Source: Pristiophorus japonicus
Taxonomy: Eukaryota
Reading direction: 5' to 3'
Assembly (NCBI RefSeq): GCF_044704955.1
Contig: NC_091995.1
Coordinates: 19,778,001 to 19,842,000 of the forward strand
Length of the DNA stretch: 64,000 nucleotides
Shown piece after piece: positions 1 to 10,179 of the stretch. The position numbers were made by a program, and so were the translations under genes. The notes beneath the pieces were generated by a model. That model was given only the letters and a program-made list of their open reading frames with translations, was not told the origin of the DNA and did not search any database. The first letter of the stretch is position 1. Each line of letters opens with the position of its first letter.

Positions 1-2735
1 GAAGAAGTCAGGTACCCGCGAATCTTCCAAATTTGTCCATAGTCATGTGATACCCCAAAAGCATACCTGGAGTCAGTGTAGATATTAACTGTGTGTCCTT
101 CAGCCAGAATACAGGCTCGAGTTAACGCAAACAATTCGGCTTGTTGGGCTGAAAAGGAGTCTGGAAGAGAGGCTGTTTCGACAACATTAAACTGAGTTAC
201 AATTGCATAAGCCGCTCTAGGTTGGCCCCTATCATTTCGTAAGGCTGATCCGTCAACATAGTACACTAGCTCAGGATTACACATTGGTACATCTGTTAGA
301 TTGATACGTGGTTTAGTCACTAATTCGGTTACCATTTCACATGAATGGGGTTCGCCGTCGTCTTCCGTGGGGAGTAGAGTGGCTGGATTTAAGGTAGTAC
401 ATCTTTTGATGACAAGGTTCGGATTTGATAACAGTTCGACCTCGTATTTGGTGGTTCTTGCGGAGGTTAGGTGTTGGGTGGCACATTTAGTAAGTAAAAT
501 CTCGACAGAGTGTGGGATATATAAAATGGTCTGATGATTTAGAGTTATTGTCTGAGCCTGTTGCATAGCATAATAAGCTGCTGCCAACGAAGGAAGACAT
601 CCTGGTAGTCCGCATGCCACTGGGTCTAGTTGGGTACTGAAATACGCTACCGGTCGCTGCCTGTCCCCATGTAACTGAGTCAAAACAGATTGTGCAAAAC
701 CCGACTTGTGATGCACAAATAAGTTGAATAGCTTAGTGTAATCTGGTAATCCCAAGGCGGGTGCTGAAGTGAGGGACTGTTTAAGGTTCTGAAAAGCATT
801 CCGGGATACCGCATTCCAAATCAACTTCTCTGGTAGTGCGGGCATGGACATGTCTAACAGTGGTCTAACAATCTCGGAATAACTCATAACCCATTGCCGG
901 CAGTATCCTGTCATGCCGAGGAGGTGTTTCATTTCTCTCTTGGTTACTGGTAGTGGGGCAGAGCAGATTGCTTTTACTCGGTCTTGTGTCAATTGTCTCG
1001 TATCCCTGACCAATTCGTGCCCTAGATACCGAACCTTTTCTGAGACAAATTGTAACTTTGCCTTTGACACCTTGTGTCCTTTCGAGGCCAGAGCTTTTAA
1101 TAACACAAGGGAGTCCGTTTCGCAGGCCAATTTGGAGGGTGAGGCGAGCAATAAGTCGTCAACATACTGCACAAGTGTAGAACCTGCTGGTAAAATTACA
1201 TCTTCCAGATCCCTCTTTAGGCACTGTGAGAATATGGTAGGGCTCTCGGTAAATCCCTGCGGAAGTCTTGTCCACGTATATTGGCGTCCTTTATACGTGA
1301 AGGCAAACAGGAATTGAGACTCTGGGTGAATAGGTATTGAGAAAAATGCTGAACACAGATCAACTACTGTGTAATACGTTGATGATGCCGGAATACTGGC
1401 AAGTATAATTGCCGGGTTGGGTACCACTGGATAAGTTGGGAATACCGAATGATTCACGGCTCGTAGGTCTTGGACAAATCTCCATTTGTCACTATTGGGC
1501 TTCTGCACCGGAAAGATCGGTGTGTTACATGGACTTCTAGTTGGAACGATTACTCCCTGGGCCAGCAGGGACTTAATGACTGGCTCAATACCTTGTTCTG
1601 CGGCTGGGGACAAGGGGTATTGGGGCTTCTTGGGGAGCGGGGCGGTTGAATTGATTGCTACCTTATAGGGTTGTGCGGTAAGCATCCTCCCTACTTCATT
1701 AGCGTGTGTAGACCATAGTTGTTCTGGAACTTTAGCAAGAAGCTCTGCTGTGCTTTGTCGTACTGGGAAGCTAGTGGCTGAGAGCATCCTTTCTTCTAAG
1801 ACAGCATCGAAGTATACTTTCCCATTCAACCTGACAGAATAGCCTCCCCCCTTTTCATGTTGCCCCAAAGTTCCATTACGTGTGTGCCATTCCTCTTGTA
1901 CTGGGGATCCTTGCATTCTTTTAACCATCTGTCCTAAATCCTGGGGTTTATGTGTGCCTGCAACCGCAAGGGTGCAGTGTGGAACGCTCCCTTTAACCCT
2001 AAACAAGCTCTGACTGTGGGAGGATAATTCAACCCCTGCCGCTATCCCTTCGGGTCCGATAAAGATTTTTCCGATCATCAATTGATGTTTCTGGTGCAGG
2101 AATGGTTGATAAAAGATTTGTGCTGTAGCGTCTGATCCCGTTTTGTCACAATATGCTGTGCAGTGTAATGTTTCGTACCACTTGCCCAAGGTTTGAGATT
2201 TGAGGTAGTCTGTGATTAACCTTGTTACACACCAATATGAACCAACCAAATAGGATAGGGTTTTGCTTAGTGTGGGGTCCAAATTTTCCCAGGCATACAA
2301 TATGGGAGTTGTGGGTTGAAGTAGTGGATATGCGCCACATTTATCTATGGGGACTCGAACCTCCAGACCAGCTGGGGAACAGAGGATCGTGGCATTCATT
2401 TTACATAACAGGTCACGTCCACACAGATTCACTGGAACCTCTTTAGACAGTAGGAATGAATGACTATCTTCGTAATCCTCTATTTGTACATTGATAGGGT
2501 TGGAGAAAAACATTTGCTGTGCGTGTCCAGATAGTCCAATCACTGAGGTTTGATTAGTGGAAGTGGGAATTCCCCTCGTATCCTCCCTTGAAAGGACCGA
2601 ATAGGTGGCACCAGTATCCACTAGGAATGGGACATCCTTTCCTTGTATTCGTATTTTTACTTCAGGTTCTCCTATGGCATTTAACGAAACGACAGGAAGC
2701 TGTTTGTTCGCAGCACTCGGGTCTGGGATTGGGCG
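1..2735 (-). CDS. pol: Retroviral pro-pol (protease, 2H phosphoesterase, RT, RNase H; integrase lies outside the window)
   Basis: DTG (D codon 2616-2618), HCT (2163-2165 and 1977-1979), YVDD (Y 1164-1166) and RNase H DGS (D 252-254) are all in one frame, the same frame as the gag TGA at 2736-2738. Its absence from the ORF track is consistent with no stop before the window edge. Confidence 0.9.
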
Positions 2736-4480
2736 TCATTGATCATTATACGGGCAATTTGGTGGTTGGCCGAATTGCTTTTGATTCTGTGATCCAAATG
2801 GATCTTGCACAGAGAAATGAGTCTGAGGTCTAGCATGTACCTGGACTTGGGTCGCATACTGGTTGGGTTCTGAAGGGGGAGGGTGTGCTCTATTACCTGC
2901 CTGTTGAGTCCAATCATGATTTGGTTGTTGCTGTTTTGCCCGGCAAGTTCTAGCCCAGTGTCCAATCTGACCACAATTGTGACAGGTATAATATTGTTCC
3001 TGCCCTGCACCTCCTCTCCCTCTTCCCCTGTAATATCCTCCTCTGGCTCGCCCTCTTCCTCTACCCTGGGGTGGGGCGTAGGACGGTGTCACCGGGGTGG
3101 GTGTCATTGGAGCTGCTTGTCCTACAAACATGGTGACCTTGCTTTTAGATTCTCTATTTCGCTCTTGTATGTCCTTTAACATAGATACAACCTTGGATAG
3201 CGATTCCTGTCGCCATCCGAGACAAACTAGTTTAAAGGGATCTCTGAGTTCGGGCCGTAGCCCGTTTACCACGGCGCTGATCATAGGAGCCTCTACCTCC
3301 TCCATTTTCATGCCTGAACATTGGTTCATGATCTCTCGCACTCTTTCTACATAATCCTCAACATCCTCCTCCTTTCTTTGTGTAGTTTCCATAATTTTGG
3401 ACCAATTCGTTTTCCTCGGGAACACCGAATGTAAGGCTTCCCAACATCTTCCCCAGAACCCCTCTCCTGGCTTCGTGCTGGGATCTGCATCCGGAGCCTC
3501 TCGATGGGTTTTAAAATCTTTGAATTTTATCTCAAGTTCGGCAAATTTTGTGTCCTTTAACCATGCTTTCAGTAAGATTTGACCATCTAATATACTGGGT
3601 TCGTGGCACAAGATGATTACTTTTAACTGGTCTATGGCCTTTTCAATATTGGTTTTGGGGTCTGCCAATCCTTCCACAATTATTCTTAATTCACTTGGTG
3701 ACCATGGTCGATAAATAGGGACCGGAGCCCCCCCCGAGAGTGGACTGGGAAAAAGTCTTACTGGGTATACTGATGATGATGGCTCCAGGGCACTGGGCTC
3801 TGGTCCACGGGTATGACTTCGTGTGCCCCCTGCAGGGCCGTCACGGTATTAATTCCCTTGTGACTGACTTATATTTCCTGCAGCCTCACCTGTATTGTTG
3901 GGAGCGGGTGTTACCCCGTTTCCCTGTACTCCGGCCCGAGGATCATCTCCTCCTTGGCCTGGAGCACCCCCCGGGGATGGAACATACGGCGGTGGTCGAT
4001 GGCTGTAGGGAGTCCAATCCTCATCCCAGTCCTCATCCTCATCCTTATCCCAACCCTCCGGAGCCCTAGGTGAGTGTGCCTTTGTCTCTTTAGCAACCAT
4101 AACGGATGGGTGTTTGTTATGTCGAGGGCGTTTCACCTGCTCTATCCGTTCATCCCCCTGCTTTCTCCCTCTAGTACACTGCTTGCTAACTCTTAGGCTC
4201 TTCTCGTGTCGTTCCTCAGCTTCCCTTTTCCAATCTCCAAACGCTGACCAATTCACTTTTTTTTTTTTCCTCTTCTACCTGGGTCTCTGTCTATAAGGCA
4301 TTCTTCTAGACAGGTTATTCTCTCTAAATTGAATGAACCATCGGGTGGAAATGATCTGTTTTCACCCTTAGTCCATTTTACCCATTCTCTTAGGTGGTCA
4401 ATTGAAGACTGACCACAATTCTGGAGCATAAAATGGGCTGGGGTCCCTTTTGGTGGTGGTTTACTTGCTCCAGCCCCCAT
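2736..4480 (-). pseudogene. gag: Retroviral gag with one homopolymer frameshift and one premature stop
   Basis: The MA ORF 4253-4480 shifts frame at an A12 run (4257-4268). There is an in-frame TAA at 3849-3851, then an open frame through CA (YRPWSPSEL...) and NC (CHNCGQIGHWARTC) to TGA at 2736. Confidence 0.9.
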
Positions 4481-4920
4481 TCTGGATGATTTAAGATTTT
4501 ACCACAGTTTCTGATCTCACAATCCTTTCGGCCAACCGAGTTCTCTACGCCCACACTCCTGGCCGTTACGTGGCCTGAAAAGGCTCTTAATTCGGGCTCA
4601 GTCTGGGTGTGTGAGATATGTTGGCACGAACCAATCGTAGTTGATCAATCAGTTACTGTTTCTTTTCTTAATCAATCCTTGTGTTTTTTTTTCCGAATCA
4701 CAATTTTCCCTAGTGACTCTTCCCGTTTCTCTAATGGCAATGACTCACAAAGGTATTGCACACAACAGTAATACAAGGACAACAAACAATATTCCCGTGA
4801 GTACACAAATCATAACCTCTAAACAAATTCTCAGTCTGCGTTGTACGCCACTACAGACCGAGTCCTTAACTTATCCTAATAACAGCTGATAAAACTTAAG
4901 GTTCCGTACCCAAACTCTTT

Positions 4921-5142
4921 GATCGATTGCGCTCTTTTTTTTTTAATAGTCTTATCACATAAGAACCCCTTCCGAATTAAAAACAATAAAAATCTTATCA
5001 CATAAGAACCTTCGATCGATTATTAGCGCTTTCTTTTTTTTCTTTTCTTTTAATAGTCTTATCACATAAGAACCCCTTCCGAATTAAAAACAATAAAAAT
5101 CTTATCACATAAGAACCTGGAACCCTTTTCGATCGACTAGCG
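4921..5142. repeat. Direct repeats in the ERV 5' leader
   Basis: TTTAATAGTCTTATCACATAAGAACCCCTTCCGAATTAAAAACAATAAAAATCTTATCACATAAGAACC occurs twice. TCTTATCACATAAGAACC occurs four times and GATCGA..GCGCT three times. Confidence 0.85.
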
Positions 5143-5434
5143 CTTCCTTACCTACTGAAACCTTCCCCGGGCTGTCTCGAGATTTTTTTTTTCCAGAACC
5201 TGTTCTCTTCTGCTGGCGAGCTGAGAAAGAAATGGTTATAAAAAAAATACCTTTAACTTTTAAATGCCGAGTCTTGTAGATGCAGTACCTCAGCTATGGA
5301 CAACAGATTACATCTGCGATTCAACAGTGAAGAAACCTCTTGTGAGCAAAGGCTCACCTTGTTTGGCCACCGAAGCCTTTCACTGGAGAGGCACTATGCC
5401 TGTATCCGTTTTACTCACAGAACAGAGAGTATGC

Positions 5435-5452
5435 ATCTCGGTGGAACCTCCA
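5435..5452 (-). promoter_or_regulatory. Primer binding site, tRNA-Gln
   Basis: Plus-strand ATCTCGGTGGAACCTCCA equals the 3'-terminal 18 nt of vertebrate tRNA-Gln including CCA. It lies 5 nt inside the LTR end. Confidence 0.9.
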
Positions 5453-5457
5453 ATAAC

Positions 5458-6135
5458 TGTCGAAATCTCGACCTCAGAAAAGAATGACTCCGACACTTAC
5501 AGCTCCGATGGAAGTTTCCCTTTTAATTTACTTGCTCGCAAGGGGTAGGTTTCACTCAGTCAAGGGCTAAATGAAACCTCCGCAATGGTACAGCTTCACA
5601 AGATATTTATACAGTAAAACCCAAGTTCTGGCCTCTCCCTGTGTATTGCTCTGTCTCACAGTCAGTGAATACAGATAAAGAGTTAATTACTATATCCTGG
5701 TCCTGAAATGGTGTCAAGATATTTCCTTTTGTCAGGGTTATCAGAAAGCCAAACGGCCATTACTCCATGAGTCATAGGTAATGGGCTATCACCTGTCTTG
5801 TATTGTATCAGGATTATCCAATTTCCTGGTCAGTTTACCTGTTTGCTTCAAATGGATGAGGTAAAGGAAAGAGATAATGGCTAGAAGATAAGGGTGGGGT
5901 GACATGGAACTCCTGTAGTGTAGACAATAGGAGAGCACCATGGGGGGTTACTTGTCTCAGCATGACTTGTCTCCTAACTGTCTGATAACCATCAGCCATC
6001 TAACAGCAGGTTTAGCTGTTCATAATAAGCTGGCTGCTAAAATGCAGAAAGTTCTGGAAGGGCCAGGACTCCATTTTAATTAAAAGGCACACAAATACCG
6101 TATGGTATCAGCTTAGATAAAAATACATTTCCACA
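5458..6135 (-). repeat. ERV 5' LTR (678 bp)
   Basis: The minus strand begins TGTGGAAAT and ends ATTTCGACA (8/9 inverted termini). TATAAATA is at 5604-5611 and ATTAAA at 5522-5527, and the LTR abuts the PBS. Confidence 0.85.
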
Positions 6136-7575
6136 GTCGACCGCTGCGTCGCTCCCGGTGTTCCGGAGGTGGGGTGTGCTGGGCACTTCGCTGCTCCCGT
6201 TATCCCGGGGCTGGTCTGCGTTGGTTACTCCTTCGCTCCCGGTGTCCCGGAGCTCGTGTGCGCTGGGACCTTTGTTGCTCTCTGGTTCCTGGGGCAGGGC
6301 TGTGTTGGTCGCTTTCCTGCTCCCGTTTTTCCGTGGCCGTGGGATGGCGCATTGCCTCTTCTTCAGGCGGTGGCACTTTTCCTCATCAGACAAGCTGCCG
6401 TCGCTGGTTTCTGCCGAGCTTGGTGGTAGCCTCTTGGCCTTGCGCCTTTTCCCTACTGTCTGCCATTCCGCTTCCTCGTCTGATGTCAGCTCGTCTCTGG
6501 GTTCGGTGCTCTGGGGGCGAGGTTCGCTGCTGGCTGCTGGTGGCTCGCAGCTCGCGGTAGCAGTGTTCTCTTCCTCGCCGCCTTGTCCCGAGTTCATGGT
6601 CGGGGGGAGGGTGTGGCTCTCCTCTGGAGCGTTGTGTTCGTCAGCTTCCTCCTCCTCTGGTGCAAAGTTCTTTGCTGCCTGCGCATAGCTGCGATTGCGT
6701 TTGGGGCAGTTTTTGTAAAGGTGCCCAGCCAGACCACAGAGGTTGCAGCACTTGGTCTCCTTGCAGTCTTTTGACTGGTGGCCCTCGTTCTTGCAGTTTC
6801 GGCAGATGACCGTCTTGCAGCTTGCCGCCACATGGCCTGCCTTCCCGCAGGTGCGGCACACGTTGGGTTGGCCAGCGTACACCATGTAGCCCCGGCTTCC
6901 TCCGATGGAAAAGCTGGAGGGTGGGTGCAGGATGGTTCCGCTGGCGTCCACCTTCATGGTGACCTGGATCTGGCGCTTGCTGGTCCATATTCCGTGCCCG
7001 TCTTTCACGTCACTGCTGCTTCCTGCCCCATCGACAAACCTGTTGAGGAAAGTCAGCACATCGATGACGGGGATGTGGGGGTCGTACATTTGCACTGTGA
7101 TAGTGCGTCTTCGCTGCGACGGGAGGGTGAACAGCGGCTCCCAAGTTAGCACTGAGCGCACCGGTTCACTCGCCTCCTTCAAACCCTTCAGGAACTTCAG
7201 GCAGAGGGTGACGGTTCTGAAGGTCACATCGAAGTAACCTCTCTTCGGGAGGTCCTGCAAGGCAAAGACGTCGGCGACTTTCATGCCACATGTTCCCAGC
7301 AGGATTTTCTTCACGAAAAGTTCCCGGTTGATCATTGTCTGTCCTTCCACTTTCTTCACCGTCACTCGGATGGTGTTTCGGACTCCCTGGTTCGCCGCTC
7401 GGTTGGCCGCCATCCGGGTTGCAGATTCCTCCTTTCGCTGTGAGTTTTGGCCGAAGCCTTCATTCTCTCGTTGCCCCAGTCCGGGGCACGGGCGGACCTC
7501 CTGGTCCACCCCTTGACAGGCCCAAAGGCTCGTCGAATCGTCAGTCGACATGCAGATTTTGTCTCCTCTCTCCAA
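6136..7575 (-). mobile_element. Tx1/L1-clade non-LTR retrotransposon ORF1 (RRM-like region plus 3 CCHC knuckles), interrupted by the ERV LTR
   Basis: ORF 6076-7575 has CRTCGKAGHVAASC, CRNCKNEGHQSKDC and CNLCGLAGHLYKNC, with an N-terminal VRNTIRV...YFDVTF region typical of Tx1 ORF1/ZCCHC3-like proteins. The last ~19 codons are read-through into the LTR. Confidence 0.85.
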
Positions 7576-7665
7576 TTGGCGCCTGGCTCAAGCCAAAGGC
7601 CAGAGCCAGCAAAACTGGAAAAACGAGTTTCTGCAGTCAGTCGATTTGCATATGAATGCCCAATC

Positions 7666-7705
7666 AACAGGTACTCCACTTGATATTAGCCAAAAGGCCG
7701 AGGAG
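7666..7705 (-). pseudogene. U2 snRNA 5' fragment (nt 5-44) at the LINE 5' end
   Basis: CTCCTCGGCCTTTTGGCTAATATCAAGTGGAGTACCTGTT versus U2 CTTCTCGGCCTTTTGGCTAAGATCAAGTGTAGTATCTGTT gives 36/40 identity. Confidence 0.9.
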
Positions 7706-7719
7706 GTCGTGTGAGATAT

Positions 7720-8059
7720 TTTTTTTTTTTTTTTTTGAAATTCGTAGCCAATCGTTCCAATTCTTTGTCAAATCACAAACGCCAGAGGTCACCTTGCACA
7801 CGCCAAGGATCACTCTGCGCCAATGCTCTTAGCCAAAAGGCCTAGAGCCACTGCACCGTTCCTGGAAGTACTGCAATACCAGGTTCGTGCCATGGAGGTG
7901 GATGGGTCAGGTCCCCCACACACCTCCGTGGAGGTGGATGGGTCAAGCCACCCCACCCACCTCCTGTTTCCAAAAAAGCAAGCATATACCTTCCTGATCC
8001 AGGGAGAACCACCCGGAGGTCATGGTGGCTGGTCAGGTCAGTTACGCATGATCTTAGCC
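7720..8059 (-). mobile_element. U2/U1/U2 snRNA-chimeric polyadenylated retroposon (SINEU-like)
   Basis: The minus strand reads U2 nt 19-29, a U1 5'/stem-loop I-like segment, a U2 Sm-site/SLIII-like segment, U2 SLIV (7852-7884, 32/33 to human U2), U2 nt 11-26 again (7827-7842), a unique tail and poly(A). It is flanked by TGTGAGATAT at 7710-7719 and 8060-8069. Confidence 0.85.
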
Positions 8060-8075
8060 TGTGAGATATATGACA

Positions 8076-8205
8076 GTTAGGGTTAGGGTTAGAGTTAGTG
8101 GTTAGGATTAGGGTTAGAGATAGTGGTTAGGATTAGGTTTAGAGTTAGTGGTTAGGATTAGGGTTAGAGATAGTGGTTAGGATTAGGGTTAGAGATAGTG
8201 GTTAG
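8076..8205 (+). repeat. Telomere-like minisatellite (TTAGGG variants; ~25-bp unit GGTTAGGATTAGGGTTAGAGATAGT)
   Basis: Directly visible tandem TTAGGG/TTAGGA/TTAGAG/ATAGTG variants. Confidence 0.9.
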
Positions 8206-8293
8206 TTTTAAGATTGGGATCACTGGTTAGTGAATTAGGATTAGGGTTGTTGACCACAACACAAATCAGTATAAAATTAAAAGAACCACTCAC

Positions 8294-8590
8294 ACTTACC
8301 TTCGGAGCACTTTCCCTCTCTCTGCCCCGCCGGCGATGCTGGATCGCTCTGGTTTCCCAGGCGGTCAGAGCAGGTGCACTTCCGGGTGGACGGATCGGGC
8401 AAAAGTGCAAACTACTGCCGGTGTGACAACCAGAGGTGTTGTACACCCGGTGCAGCTCTTCCCGGCGGTGCTGCTCAGTGCCACCACAAAACCGGACCGG
8501 AGGATGGTGACGGGACGCAGGAGACCTGAACGCTGCCTTTCACACCGCTCCGGGGCGAAACCCAGAGCACCAAGGAGTGGAACATCCAGC
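8294..8590 (-). promoter_or_regulatory. CpG-rich promoter/non-coding first exon candidate
   Basis: CpG-rich block with ETS-like CACTTCCGGGT (~8377-8387) and a consensus donor AAG|GTAAGT on the minus strand at 8300/8299. The paralogous donor is at 36326. Confidence 0.45.
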
Positions 8591-9106
8591 CCATAATATT
8601 CTGAGGGGGATTGACAGGGTGAAATCTCTTCACTCACAGGGTGGTGAATCTTTACAATTCTCTACCCCAGAAAGCTGTGCAGGCTCCGTCGTTGAGTATA
8701 TACAAGACAGAGATGGATAGATTTTTGGATGTTCAGGGAATCCAGGGATATGGGGATAGTGCAGGAAAGTGGCGTTGAGGTGGATCAGCCACGATCTTAT
8801 TGAATGGTGAGCAGGCTCAAGTGGCCGAATAGTCTACTCCTGCTCCTATTTCTTTTGTTCTTGTGTTCCCCCCATCGCCTCAAATCTAATATTCCTGTAT
8901 GGCCCTGCCCCACCCATGGGACTTCACACACAATGGGTGGTCTGGTGGGAACTTACAGATACATTGCCCACCATTTTCTTTCTATTTTAAATGGTGAAAA
9001 TTCTCAGGCAGCACATGTGCATCATAAACTGTCGTTGCTGTGAAGCCCCATCAGTGGCACAAACCATGGAAAATTCTCTCCATTGTCTTCAAATTAAACC
9101 TAAAAT

Positions 9107-9718
9107 GTATCTGTACTGATGTTAATCCAGCTCCCTCACACTGTCACTCAGTAACCCCTCCCCCAGCACTGTGTTACTGACTGTATCTGTACTGATGTTA
9201 ATCCAGCTCCCTCACACTGTCACTCAGTAACCCCTCCCCCAGCACTGTGTTTCTGACTGTATCTGTACTGATGTTAATCCAGCTCCCTCACACTGTCACT
9301 CAGTAACCCCTCCCCCAGCACCCTGTGTTACTGACTGTATCTGTACTGATGTTAATCCAGCTCCCTCACACTGTCACTCAGTAACCCCTCCCCCAGCACT
9401 ATGTTACTAACTGTATCTGTACTGATGTTAATCCAGCTCCTTCACACTGTCACTCAGTAACCCCTCCCCCAGCACTGTGTTACTGACTGTATCTGTACTG
9501 ATGTTAATCCAGCTCCCTCACACTGTCACTCAATTACCCCTCCCCCAGCACTGTGTTACTGACTGTATCTGTACTGATGTTAATCCAGCTCCCTCACACT
9601 GTCACTCAGTAACCCCTCCCCCAGCACCGTGTCACTGACTGTATCTGTACTGATGTTAATCCAGCTCCCTCACACTGTCACTCAGTAACCCCTCTCCCAG
9701 CACCCTGTGTTACTGACT
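9107..9718 (+). repeat. 76-bp minisatellite, ~8 copies
   Basis: Unit TGTATCTGTACTGATGTTAATCCAGCTCCCTCACACTGTCACTCAGTAACCCCTCCCCCAGCACTGTGTTACTGAC. Confidence 0.95.
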
Positions 9719-9719
9719 G

Positions 9720-9900
9720 CGGTTGAGGAGCGCGCGTCATCTGAAAATCAAAGGCCAACGTCAAAACCACGCGTGGCCGGAGGGAGGAAGCGCGCGGGGA
9801 TAGGGAGGCTGTGATTGGAGGATCGGCGAGTGTCAGCGCCGGGGGCGGGGCGGGGGAGAGAGAGAGCAGGAAAAGGGGAGTCTGTGATTGGCTGAACGAG
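9720..9900. promoter_or_regulatory. CpG-rich promoter-like block
   Basis: Two GATTGG (reverse CCAAT) boxes, a GC box GGGGCGGGGC, and CGCGCG/CACGCGTG motifs. Confidence 0.45.
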
Positions 9901-10179
9901 TGTTATTTGCAGACAGTGAGGAGGGAGAGGGCACCTCACTAACACTGGGGGAGGGTTTCTGCTTTGGGTCCAATCAACAATCTGGGCACAAATTGCACTC
10001 AAACTGGCGCTCGGTACGGGTCTTTAAACTGTTTTTGCTTTGGACAGGATTTGGGGAAGAGCGGGATATATATGTGTGTCGTTAAGTTCTGTCCAGTATC
10101 ATGACACAACGGGCAGGATAATTCCAACACAGGTTCCTAAAGGGGCCGGCACAAGGAATCTCCTGCTTAAAGAGAGAGC

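Larger units (their letters stand above)
1..6135 (-). mobile_element. Endogenous retrovirus (epsilon/gamma-like), 5' half: LTR-PBS-leader-gag-pro-pol, running off the window start
   Basis: The minus strand shows, in order: TG...CA LTR, tRNA-Gln PBS, myristoylated Gag (MGAGAS), PPPY late domain, CCHC knuckle, protease FLVDTGA, RT QYVDDLLLA and RNase H YYVDGS...SAQQAEL...IYTDSRY. Confidence 0.95.

Noticed and set aside
4610-4619. Third TGTGAGATAT, inside the ERV leader
   Set aside because: There is no element junction beside it, so it is treated as chance.
6076-7575. Host ZCCHC3 gene
   Set aside because: It is intronless, truncated by an LTR and has a retroposon-like 5' junction, so it is better explained as Tx1 ORF1.
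7666-7990. Functional U2 or U1 snRNA gene
   Set aside because: The pieces are permuted and fragmentary, the branch-pairing region is mutated (GTGGAGTA) or missing, and poly(A) plus TSD indicate retroposition.
9107-9718. Regular repeats superficially resembling a CRISPR array
   Set aside because: The units are contiguous and near-identical with no unique spacers, there are no cas genes, and the context is vertebrate.
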